This document shows positions 16,277 through 25,066 of a stretch of DNA of 35,299 nt, piece after piece; positions within the stretch are counted from its first letter, which is position 1; every line of letters starts with the position of its first letter. The translations under genes were made by a program, and so were the position numbers. Source of the stretch: a virus (taxonomy: Duplodnaviria; Caudoviricetes); IMG/VR virus record IMGVR_UViG_3300030372_002767, positions 1-35,299 of that record, one strand, 5' to 3'. The notes under the pieces were generated by a model. That model was not told the origin of the DNA. It did no database searches and worked only from the letters and a program-made list of their open reading frames with translations.

Positions 16277-16503
16277 GAGCCAATCACCATAATTCTAATT
16301 GATATTAATAACTGTGTTACAATTAAGACAATAAATATCCATAATTTTTTATCACGGTCTTCTTGTTTTTTATTTAACTCCCTAACATCTTTTTCTATAT
16401 GATATATATGATTATCCTTGAGAGTCTCTATATCTTTTTGAACCAATCCAACAGAGCATCTTATTTTTTCAATCTCTAAATTTAGTTCGTTAGTGTCCTT
16501 CAT
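16273..16503 (-). CDS. Coiled-coil protein with C-terminal membrane anchor (XhlA-like lysis-associated)
   Basis: I..LKDNHIYHIEKD coiled coil plus C-terminal TM segment. Confidence 0.55.
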   Translation of the reverse strand: MKDTNELNLEIEKIRCSVGLVQKDIETLKDNHIYHIEKDVRELNKKQEDRDKKLWIFIVLIVTQLLISIRIMVIGS

Positions 16504-17639
16504 TAGAATGCAGTGCCCAAAATATTATTTGTTGATACTGAAGGTTCATCTGCCCAAGCAACATATAAATAAAAAGCACCTTCTAAGTTAGATTTTCCGT
16601 CTGTCGTTACTGGTCTAAATCCCTGAGCATAAAATTCTATATTATCTTGGTTTGCGACTTCTGCTCCACCATTGTTTGCATCATCCATTTTTATATTATG
16701 TTGAATAGTATTTCCATGATTACTTCCACTACCAGTTTGTGCAGAATTATCACTACCTAAAGCCACAGTTGTAGATGTTTTCCAAGATGTACTCTCAGAA
16801 CTATCTTGTCTTTTTATCCAAACTGCTCTCGGTTTAAAACCTGTAAAAATAAAACTACCGTGAACATTTCCATTCCCTTGATAGTGTCCACATCGCACAC
16901 TTCCATTTGTATTGGCTATAACTATCGCAACATGGTCTTGACCACTTTCGTTTACATTAGCTTTATCACCAACACTAAAAACAGTAGACGTTGGTGCTGT
17001 ATCATTCCAATACTGATTGTCGTCATCTGAAACTCCACCATCATTAAAAAATTGAATATGGTCTGTTTCATTTATAGAATTTCCCTGACTAGTACGATTC
17101 CCACCATGCCAATATGCTTCCCAATGAAATCCATCTTGTGAAATATCTTTAACAATTATAGCATCAGGGATTGCACCAAGCCCATGTGCTATTGTGCCGT
17201 TTGCTCCCGTTCCCGTCCATTTGACTACTGAAATTCCTGAATCTGTATTTGCACGAAAAGTAGAATCTATTGTGCCTACTCCTGTTGAACTTGCATCGTT
17301 TGTAGTTGTCGAACTTGCTAGTTTAAAAAAATGTCCTATATAGCCACCACCACTTGCATTGACCTCATTCGCACCACCTGTCAAAGTACAACCATCTGAC
17401 GTTGCACTTGCAATTAATGTCGCAGTGTCTTCACCATCTGTGTTGTTAAAATTAATATTTTTGGTTAATCCTCTGACTGTATCTGTAACACTATGGTCTG
17501 CTGTCGCATTTCTTTTTTTAATATGAAACCAATCAGGTTGAAAACCTAATCCTGATATTGTTGTTGTGCTCCCACTACCTGCCCATGTCTTTTCATCATG
17601 ATGTGCTTTTGGTTTGGCTACTTTTGTGAACGTTGCCAT
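16503..17639 (-). CDS. Virion tail-associated protein (marine phage repeat family)
   Basis: G.GFQPD...IK.R, GISVV.WTG.G....IAHGLG..P, FIFTGFKP..VWIK repeats. Confidence 0.75.
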   Translation of the reverse strand: MATFTKVAKPKAHHDEKTWAGSGSTTTISGLGFQPDWFHIKKRNATADHSVTDTVRGLTKNINFNNTDGEDTATLIASATSDGCTLTGGANEVNASGGGYIGHFFKLASSTTTNDASSTGVGTIDSTFRANTDSGISVVKWTGTGANGTIAHGLGAIPDAIIVKDISQDGFHWEAYWHGGNRTSQGNSINETDHIQFFNDGGVSDDDNQYWNDTAPTSTVFSVGDKANVNESGQDHVAIVIANTNGSVRCGHYQGNGNVHGSFIFTGFKPRAVWIKRQDSSESTSWKTSTTVALGSDNSAQTGSGSNHGNTIQHNIKMDDANNGGAEVANQDNIEFYAQGFRPVTTDGKSNLEGAFYLYVAWADEPSVSTNNILGTAF

Positions 17640-17642
17640 TTA

Positions 17643-19037
17643 TTATCCTCCACTTGATTGAATGTTTTTGCTACATACTGCTAAGTAACCACTCGGTACT
17701 GCATACTCAAATAAACCTTGACCGTTGGCATCTGCATTGGATGAACTGACAGCAGTTGTGCCAAAGAATCCCTGACCAAAATTAATATCTATAGTTCTAC
17801 TTGTTGAACTTGAACTTTGACCTGCAATATAAAAACTATATAATTCTCTGTCTGTATTAGTTAGTGTCTTACCACTATCATTCGACCCAGTCGCAGGATT
17901 TCCACTGTTAAAAAATGTACCGTTACGACCGAACCATATTTTGCCTGTAGCACAGTCGAATGCACACATTATAATATCTCCATCAGAAACACCACTACCA
18001 TAACTAGTCGTACTATTTCCTTTCTGAATCAATGATGATGAGTTTGCAAGAAAACTTACTGCACCATTACCACCATTGCTAGTGGCGACTAGAGCCAAAT
18101 CTGCATTCCCTTGTTCTATTCTTTTTGGCGATGTTGAATCTGTTAAGTAAACACCTAGTGTCGCACTTGCATCTGCTTTCTGAATCTTTGCTTCCCAATA
18201 CCACTTGCCACCTGCAAAACACATGTCAATTGGTGCTACTCGAGTTGATGTCGTATCGAATACACCAGTATGACCTGCATTAGTATTAAAGTTTGCACCG
18301 TCTTTATTTCTATTCGTACCTGCAGGATTTAATGCAGGAAATTTATTCGTTGCTGTGCTGTTACTTTGTTTTAGATTACCGTTTACCGTAAAATTATTTG
18401 AGCCTTTACTATCTAATCCTAGATTCGCACTGTTTTCAAATTTTAACATTGCACCGTTTGTACCTGCAGTAAAAGACGGATTAAGTATTGGCTTCCAGAT
18501 ACCACTTGTGCTATCTGTCTCACCAAACACACTTGGTGCTAAACTTTGTCCGTCCGATATAACCACCATACCCAATTCACCTTCAAAAAAATTTGGTGAG
18601 GAACTTGGATGTCTTGCACCTATTAATGTAGCAATACCACTGGCAAAAACTCCTGTATCTGCATTTAGACTTGGATAAGTTGATGTACCGAAAGCAGTAA
18701 CCTGACTTCCATTTACATATATTCTTACTCTATCTGCTTCTGTACTTTGAGTCGTGTCTACTCGTAAAACAATATGATAAAATGCAGTTGTATCTACAAA
18801 CTTTGCTTGTGTAACTAAATTAATACTTATACTGCTACTTTGTAGACTTAAAACTTTTATAGTTCCATCTGCTTCAATTGATAAGTGTAAATAATTTGCA
18901 CCATCATCTTCAACGTCTGAACCGAATATATGTCTAGCATTTGATACTAACATTGATTGTCTGCACCATGCAGAAACCGTAAATGTTTTTTGATTACCTG
19001 TTGAAGATGTTGCTCTTGATAAATATGAATTTGCCAT
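17643..19037 (-). CDS. Tail protein with LamG/ConA-like and SPRY-like domains
   Basis: KTFTVSAW, YHIVLRVDTTQ....DRVRIYVNG, GKWYWE, GKIWFG.NG, NFGQ, F.YAVPSGY. Confidence 0.8.
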   Translation of the reverse strand: MANSYLSRATSSTGNQKTFTVSAWCRQSMLVSNARHIFGSDVEDDGANYLHLSIEADGTIKVLSLQSSSISINLVTQAKFVDTTAFYHIVLRVDTTQSTEADRVRIYVNGSQVTAFGTSTYPSLNADTGVFASGIATLIGARHPSSSPNFFEGELGMVVISDGQSLAPSVFGETDSTSGIWKPILNPSFTAGTNGAMLKFENSANLGLDSKGSNNFTVNGNLKQSNSTATNKFPALNPAGTNRNKDGANFNTNAGHTGVFDTTSTRVAPIDMCFAGGKWYWEAKIQKADASATLGVYLTDSTSPKRIEQGNADLALVATSNGGNGAVSFLANSSSLIQKGNSTTSYGSGVSDGDIIMCAFDCATGKIWFGRNGTFFNSGNPATGSNDSGKTLTNTDRELYSFYIAGQSSSSTSRTIDINFGQGFFGTTAVSSSNADANGQGLFEYAVPSGYLAVCSKNIQSSGG

Positions 19038-20134
19038 TAGTTAAATTGTCCTGTGTTGTTCATACCAACCGTTACAGTAATTGTAAACGCACGGTCTGCT
19101 GTTTGAGATTGTGCATCAGTAACTCTAGCCGTAAATGAGAAAGTCGTTTCACTAGATAAACTTCCTGATTCAGTGCCACTGATAACTCCAGTTGATGAAT
19201 TCAAACTTGCACCTGAAGGCAATGAACCACTTGCTACAGAATATGCTAGAGGTGCATCGCCTGATGCTCCAATTGTAAAATTCATTGTGCCACCACTAGC
19301 AACTGTGCCTAGTGAACCTGCTGAAGTTGTCCACGTTGGTGCATCTGATACCGTCAAAATGGCACTGCTACTTCTTACTGCAAGTCCATCAGGATTTTCT
19401 ACTCTTACAAAATATGTGCCATCTGTTGCTAATGTTAAATTAGCGACTATCGTTGTCGCATTTGTGAATGATACTGAGTTGGCTGTTGTAATAGCACCTG
19501 ACGTAGACATGACTTCGACATTCGGAACTGTTACAAAACCAGTGCCAGATATCGTAACATTTGTGGCATCGTTGGTGATTGTGCTTGGACTTACCGAACT
19601 AATTGTTGGGTTCGTTCCTGCTGATACGTCTGTAAAACTAAGTACACCACTACCGTTTGTTTTTAGAACTTGGTCAGCACTACCATCTGCACTAGGAAGC
19701 ACAAAGATTTGGTCTCCTGTTAACGCAGGTGCTTCAAAGCCAACAAAGTTACTCCCTTCCATAAATCTCAACTCATTGTTAGAACCACCAATAGATAAGT
19801 TACCTGATGTAGTTAATGCACCACCATCAGCTATCGTTAATGCATCGTCTCCGTCTGTAAATTCTATAAGTGCAGTTCTTATTGAGTCTGATTTAAAATA
19901 TTCTACCGTGTCATTAGTTTGGTCGAGTTTCATGATTTCTATGTTTGCATCATTATCTTCGTTCCTGATATAAAAAATATTGTTAGCTGTATCGTACCAA
20001 AATTGATTTGCGAACGTGGTACTGGGTGCAGACGTGCCTGAGCTATTACTACCCAATGCTTGTAATGCATTGTTTAAATCTGTCCGAGTATTCGGAAATG
20101 TTTGGTTTGCAATGTTTAAATCGTGTTGACTCAT
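19037..20134 (-). CDS. Tail fibre/spike protein with C-terminal IPT and Ig-like domains
   Basis: MSQHD.NIANQ.FP..R.DLN.AL.AL N-terminus; LP.ADG...QVL.T.GSG.LSF; PTISSVSP; GSLPSG.SLNSSTGVISGT. Confidence 0.8.
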   Translation of the reverse strand: MSQHDLNIANQTFPNTRTDLNNALQALGSNSSGTSAPSTTFANQFWYDTANNIFYIRNEDNDANIEIMKLDQTNDTVEYFKSDSIRTALIEFTDGDDALTIADGGALTTSGNLSIGGSNNELRFMEGSNFVGFEAPALTGDQIFVLPSADGSADQVLKTNGSGVLSFTDVSAGTNPTISSVSPSTITNDATNVTISGTGFVTVPNVEVMSTSGAITTANSVSFTNATTIVANLTLATDGTYFVRVENPDGLAVRSSSAILTVSDAPTWTTSAGSLGTVASGGTMNFTIGASGDAPLAYSVASGSLPSGASLNSSTGVISGTESGSLSSETTFSFTARVTDAQSQTADRAFTITVTVGMNNTGQFN

Positions 20135-20170
20135 AATACTTCCGTGTTAATTTTCATAATCATAACCCAA

Positions 20171-20245
20171 TTTTTAGGGGGTGTCTATGGTAAGGGCACT
20201 TCGATTTGGGGGCTTCTCGAGGCTATTAGACCCCTGTTTTTTTTT
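20171..20245. repeat. Dispersed repeat, copy 3 (intergenic)
   Basis: TTTAGGGGGTGTCTATGGTA...GAGGCTATTAGACCCCTGTTTTTT. Confidence 0.88.
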
Positions 20246-23126
20246 AAGTTTCGACATATCCGAAGCCTTTAGCGACATAATCGAAATTTCGGCTTACTAC
20301 AGAGCCACTACTGTTTTTAAATTTTATGGTAAATCCATCAGGAGTTTTACTAGTCAATTCATAAAAATCACCAGTGGCTAAACTCTGTGCAGATATTCCT
20401 AGACCTTGTAATTCTTTAAATGCAGGATTGAATGTTATAACTTTCCCTGATGCTGATGTTCCTGATGCAACATCATCCTCTCCAATAGTTCTGTCAGGCA
20501 TGTCGACTGTCGCAGATAATTCATAAATAGCAGGTGATGCAGTTTGAGTTGTGGTAGTTAACTTTGCTCTAAGTTTTATAAATCTTGCTTTGTAATCTCC
20601 TAAAACATAATTCCGAAAATCTGTGTAAGTAGAATTGTCATCAGACGTTGATATCAAAAGTTCAACATTAACGTCATTATGGTCATCGTATGAGCCATCG
20701 AATAAACCATCTTGTGCATCAAACCTACCAGTTCTAGAATCAAACAAACTCGAAGTATCGAACCTGTTATATTTACAAACAAAAGTTACACGACTGTTGT
20801 ATATAGCACCTAAATCAAAAACTGGAAAATCATAGAGACCGTCTAAATTGAATCCTGTGCTTCCTCCATCATCAAAGTTACCAGTTTGAGAATCAAATAA
20901 ACCAACTCCGTTGTCAAATAATTCGCCTTCTAATATTTCTAAAAACTTCGTTCCATCTCTCTCTACTACTTCTAGTTCTTCTTTAGTTCCAGAAAAATTT
21001 GGGTGCTCTGTAGCAGTAGCGACAACATTAAAATCTCTAGTAATAGAATTTAATATTACAACTGACTTAGTTGAATTAGTACTTTCTAATCCTAAAACAT
21101 CGACTGCTTTTATCATGTAAGTTCCAGTCTGTGCAGGTAACACAATTGTATTCGCAGGTCTCGCAACTTTTTGTGCTACTATTAAACCTTCTTCATATTT
21201 AGTTCCAGTAGTTAATGGGTTGTGTCTGATTATATAATGAGATAAATCTAAATCTGACACTGGTGTCCAACTTAATGAAACTAAATCTCCTACAACGTTC
21301 GATGAAAAGTTAGTAACATCACTTGGTGGTGCAGTTTTACCAACAACTTCATGGCTTACAGTGGTGAATTCAGAATGCACATTGAATGCATTAATCGTCC
21401 TTGCTCTAACATTATAAGTCGCACCGTCTTCTGCATTTACAAGTTCAAATACATTATTTTTGCTACGACCTAATGTTACAAAACTACTGCCAGTAATATT
21501 TGTGTTCTGTGCTTCTACTTCAAATTCATTTGCAGTTCCAGAGCCACTGCTTACCGTTACTTCTAAAACAGTTATAGGTGTTTCTGCAAATGCTCTTAAT
21601 GTATCTGTTACAGTTAAAGATGGTGCACTTACATCGGTAACTGAAGGTAGTGTAGTGTTGTCCAATGTAAATACGTTTTCTTCTGCACTCCAATCATAAA
21701 CACTTGATGAAGTTTCCTGTAATATAACCATAATTGTTGGTGTAATAGATTGTGAAAATTTCCATTCTGCAACTTCAAAAACTTTACTCGAAAAACCTAA
21801 TCTAGTATTTGTAATGTTAACAGTATCACCTACTTCTAATTTAAAACCTGTAAGTTTAATTTGTGCTGATAAAACTATTTGTTGTCTATTTTTAAATAAT
21901 GCTATTTTAGCAATTCTTTGTGCAGTAACACTAGATGTTGTAAATGGTAAATCAATATCTGCAAATATTTTTTCACCACCATCTTCTGTTACAAATGTTG
22001 AACTAGAAACCATTGGATAGTCTGATGGTTGCCAATCTGATTCTTCTGAAGTAAATATACCTTTAACTGTATTAAATAAATCTTTTCTAGATTTTTTAGA
22101 TTCTATTTCTATGGATGAAACGAAATCATCATCAGTTAAAGTAATACTAGGTGATGTAAACTGACCACCTTTCAAAATAAATTTACCGTTAGAATATGAT
22201 AGAACACCTGCACATGAAGTTAATAAATCTTCTAAAATTTTTTGTGGTTGTATGTTTGCATAAATTACACCATTGCAAGTATATCTTTTTTCAGTTCCTC
22301 CTGCAGATAAAGGAACATTCTCATCACACAAATTTGCCATAGTTGTAAAACTAGTGGTATCAATATTATTAGTTGAAATATTTAAACCCAATTTACTATC
22401 AGTCAGATAATCAAATATTGCCAATGCAGGATTAGATGAAAAAGAAGTTGATGATGTTCTAAAGTCTAAAAGTTTTTTGCCTTTAATCTCTGCACTTATA
22501 TTTGGTACACCATTTGGAAATGCATCAGCATTCGCTTCTAGTCTAGCATAAATGTAAGATATACCTCTGAGTCTATGGTCGTTTGTCCATTTACTACTTT
22601 CTGAAACTAAATCTGCATCTGCTAATTGTGAGTCTGAGCCTTTATGTAACTTCAATCTAATCATACCACTCGTAGCATATTTAGATGGTGCAGTTACTTT
22701 AAATCTTGTCTCTCCGTTTGAGTCTGTTCCATCACTTGCTATAGTTAATTCGTCTTCGTTGAAATAAACTTTTTCAAATGATTGTATTTCGTGAGATGCA
22801 AGTTGTATTACAATATGCATAAAATTAAAATTACTAGTGGATTCCATAAATACTATTCCACCTGATTTTTTAGATTCACCAAATACCATATCTCTATTGA
22901 TGATAGGTTGTTTTATCATCAAACTTCTGTTGCCACTTTGTTGTTGGAAATTTTGTTGTTGTAGACTCGATAATTTAGGTTTAGGTGCTAGTGCCATTCC
23001 TGTAGCAACTAGTGTTGCACCTTTAGCAACAGTTATCCAAAATCCTGCACTAGCGATACCACCTGTTGCACCTGCCATAACTGCAGTACCTACTACAACT
23101 AGTATTTGTGAAACCGTTTTACCCAT
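20244..23126 (-). CDS. Tail tip / host-specificity protein (lambda gpJ-like, FN3 domains)
   Basis: 960 aa; WT.DHRLRG..YIY.RL.....F..G.PNIS....G; SNPAL...DYL; RY.CNG; FN3-like VRAR.IN and P.DVT.F. Confidence 0.88.
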   Translation of the reverse strand: MGKTVSQILVVVGTAVMAGATGGIASAGFWITVAKGATLVATGMALAPKPKLSSLQQQNFQQQSGNRSLMIKQPIINRDMVFGESKKSGGIVFMESTSNFNFMHIVIQLASHEIQSFEKVYFNEDELTIASDGTDSNGETRFKVTAPSKYATSGMIRLKLHKGSDSQLADADLVSESSKWTNDHRLRGISYIYARLEANADAFPNGVPNISAEIKGKKLLDFRTSSTSFSSNPALAIFDYLTDSKLGLNISTNNIDTTSFTTMANLCDENVPLSAGGTEKRYTCNGVIYANIQPQKILEDLLTSCAGVLSYSNGKFILKGGQFTSPSITLTDDDFVSSIEIESKKSRKDLFNTVKGIFTSEESDWQPSDYPMVSSSTFVTEDGGEKIFADIDLPFTTSSVTAQRIAKIALFKNRQQIVLSAQIKLTGFKLEVGDTVNITNTRLGFSSKVFEVAEWKFSQSITPTIMVILQETSSSVYDWSAEENVFTLDNTTLPSVTDVSAPSLTVTDTLRAFAETPITVLEVTVSSGSGTANEFEVEAQNTNITGSSFVTLGRSKNNVFELVNAEDGATYNVRARTINAFNVHSEFTTVSHEVVGKTAPPSDVTNFSSNVVGDLVSLSWTPVSDLDLSHYIIRHNPLTTGTKYEEGLIVAQKVARPANTIVLPAQTGTYMIKAVDVLGLESTNSTKSVVILNSITRDFNVVATATEHPNFSGTKEELEVVERDGTKFLEILEGELFDNGVGLFDSQTGNFDDGGSTGFNLDGLYDFPVFDLGAIYNSRVTFVCKYNRFDTSSLFDSRTGRFDAQDGLFDGSYDDHNDVNVELLISTSDDNSTYTDFRNYVLGDYKARFIKLRAKLTTTTQTASPAIYELSATVDMPDRTIGEDDVASGTSASGKVITFNPAFKELQGLGISAQSLATGDFYELTSKTPDGFTIKFKNSSGSVVSRNFDYVAKGFGYVET

Positions 23127-23553
23127 GTCTATAGAACTCCTTATTAGACTGAGATGATATTCTGTATATATTAAATTCGTTGTCCATTCTTACGTAATTT
23201 ACTCTTTGATTTATTTTTAGTTTATTAGCGAAGTAATCTTTAGTCCACTTAATGATTGACTTAATATTATCTTTTGCTACAAAATCCACTAACCATACAA
23301 TGTCTCCACAATTCCAATCTAGTATTTCTCCTGTATCTAAAAATATTTTTTCATTCTTAGTATCTAGATAACACCATGAAATGAATCCAGTAACATTATC
23401 ATCAGTATAAAATACTTTGTATTGCTTTGTATCTAATGTTGTTAGTAAGTAAAAAAATAATTCTTCGTTAGATGTATACTTATATTTATTAAAAGATTTA
23501 TATAACTCTATGATTGAATATATTTTGTTGAATTTTTTTGCAATTATATTCAT
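23119..23553 (-). CDS. HlyC/RtxC-like toxin-activating acyltransferase-fold protein
   Basis: QY.VF......GFISW.YL....E..FL.......WNCGD.VWLVDFVA...R. Confidence 0.7.
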   Translation of the reverse strand: MNIIAKKFNKIYSIIELYKSFNKYKYTSNEELFFYLLTTLDTKQYKVFYTDDNVTGFISWCYLDTKNEKIFLDTGEILDWNCGDIVWLVDFVAKDNIKSIIKWTKDYFANKLKINQRVNYVRMDNEFNIYRISSQSNKEFYRHG

Positions 23554-24119
23554 GCATCCTTACTTCCACCACCCCAAACTACAGATTTATTTTGCAAAGA
23601 ATCTACAAACTCTAGACCTTTATCATCAGGAAAAAACTCTTTTTGGTCTTGGTCTGTGTATCTTCTGTTTGTAGGTCTCTCTAATGTTACTAATTTATTT
23701 TCTACATCTATAGATATTTGCGAGGTTTGACCATCTTCTACAATAGACATTGTATCAATGAAACCTTCAAAAGTTTGATAAGGTGTATCGACTACTGCTT
23801 GTGAATCATCCAGTACGCCAAAAAATATTTTGACTAAAGTTCCCTGAGCATCTTCTGTCAATGCTGAAGATATAATGCTACTGTCTAATCCACTAAGCGA
23901 TATCTTTACACCGTTGGCTCTTATGTCTGCTGATTCATCTATTTGGCTTAAAGATAACAAGTTGCCTGAACCTGTAAATGTGCTACCACTTATAGTTATC
24001 TCTGAGTATCCCGTCCATAATCTTAAAGGTGTAGGAAAATCTACATCAACTGCAAAAAATGGTTTTAAATCAGTTGATGTAATCTGATTATTAAAATTAG
24101 TTCCTAATGAACGTGTCAT
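23550..24119 (-). CDS. Minor tail protein (gpL/DUF2163-like)
   Basis: LWTG......G.TF.G.G.LL....I.E...LSGL...F.G.ID.M...EN.L..LERP..RRYT..DQ...FP.D.GL.FV. Confidence 0.8.
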   Translation of the reverse strand: MTRSLGTNFNNQITSTDLKPFFAVDVDFPTPLRLWTGYSEITISGSTFTGSGNLLSLSQIDESADIRANGVKISLSGLDSSIISSALTEDAQGTLVKIFFGVLDDSQAVVDTPYQTFEGFIDTMSIVEDGQTSQISIDVENKLVTLERPTNRRYTDQDQKEFFPDDKGLEFVDSLQNKSVVWGGGSKDA

Positions 24120-24352
24120 TTTTTAATAATTTTCTTTTTAGATTTTTTCTTAGTAATTTTTGGTGTTGATTTTTTTTCTTTTGGTGCATCAACTTTGACT
24201 TCAATAGCTTTGCCATCTTGTATAAAGATGTTAGCTAAATCTTTTTTCCATTGTGCATCGCAGTCTAAAATTTCGCCTTCGGGATAATTTCTTGTTGCAT
24301 TACCACTTTCATTACTTGTTCCGAATGTATCCATTATCATTTTGATTTTCAT
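24116..24352 (-). CDS. Small basic-tailed protein of the type usually lying between capsid and head-tail adaptor genes
   Basis: MKIKM......GE..D......A..FI..G.A.EV plus Lys-rich tail. Confidence 0.6.
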   Translation of the reverse strand: MKIKMIMDTFGTSNESGNATRNYPEGEILDCDAQWKKDLANIFIQDGKAIEVKVDAPKEKKSTPKITKKKSKKKIIKK

Positions 24353-24549
24353 TTACTTTGTACCTCTAGTTCATACATTTTTTCTACGACTTGCTCCCAC
24401 GATATAGGCTCAGTCTCCCATTCGATACCACCATAAAGATAATCTATCCTACCTTCCAACTTACCTTTGACACTAAATTTGGCATTTGGGTCAATCTTGT
24501 AAATCGCCTTGATGATACCTAACTCTTTATTTGAATACGGTAAATTCAT
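24349..24549 (-). CDS. Hypothetical protein
   Basis: IIKAI.KI.PNA.FSV.G.....I.W; GGGAGAG RBS. Confidence 0.6.
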   Translation of the reverse strand: MNLPYSNKELGIIKAIYKIDPNAKFSVKGKLEGRIDYLYGGIEWETEPISWEQVVEKMYELEVQSK

Positions 24550-24574
24550 ACACACATTCTCTCTCCCGTTAAGA

Positions 24575-24602
24575 CGGGGAGGACAATGAGTAAACCTCCC
24601 CG
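24575..24602 (-). promoter_or_regulatory. GC-rich hairpin after the capsid/decoration genes
   Basis: CGGGGAGG-N12-CCTCCCCG perfect 8-bp stem; only a short U tract. Confidence 0.6.
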
Positions 24603-24623
24603 ACTCGACTAGTCAATTAAGAC

Positions 24624-25055
24624 TTATGCATCCTCGCTGTCATGAGGATTCCCTTTAACAACAACAACTCCAATTGGGGTTCCGTTGCTATGGGTTCCTG
24701 TCGCATCAATTTTGCATCTGATGTAACGTTTTCCACCTATGTAACCTATTTGGCTAATTTGTGGAGTTTCACCGTTAGCATCTAATGTTAAAAAGATACC
24801 GTTAGAATCAACACTACCTTCAGTAACACTTGTTGAAGATGTTACTGCAGTATAAGTTGAATCATCATCTGATTCTTGAAGTATGAAATCAAACTTCACT
24901 GAACCTGATAGAGTATCTCCTTCTGCACCTGAGTTAACAACAACCATTGCTGACTCAAAGCCTTTCAAGTCAACACCAGTACCGTTGGCATCGGATGTTA
25001 CGACTGCAGGAACTTGTGTTGCAACTGCAACTGTTCTATTACTTATGTCTCTCAT
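24624..25055 (-). CDS. Capsid decoration/auxiliary protein (jelly roll)
   Basis: Directly after the major capsid gene; G.GVDL.GFE....LQESDD.S.Y...GY.G.KRYIR. Confidence 0.75.
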   Translation of the reverse strand: MRDISNRTVAVATQVPAVVTSDANGTGVDLKGFESAMVVVNSGAEGDTLSGSVKFDFILQESDDDSTYTAVTSSTSVTEGSVDSNGIFLTLDANGETPQISQIGYIGGKRYIRCKIDATGTHSNGTPIGVVVVKGNPHDSEDA

Positions 25056-25066
25056 GCTCTACCTCC

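Noticed and set aside
16503-20134. Diversity-generating retroelement or invertible tail-fibre switch
   Set aside because: No reverse transcriptase or invertase, and no template/variable repeat pair seen
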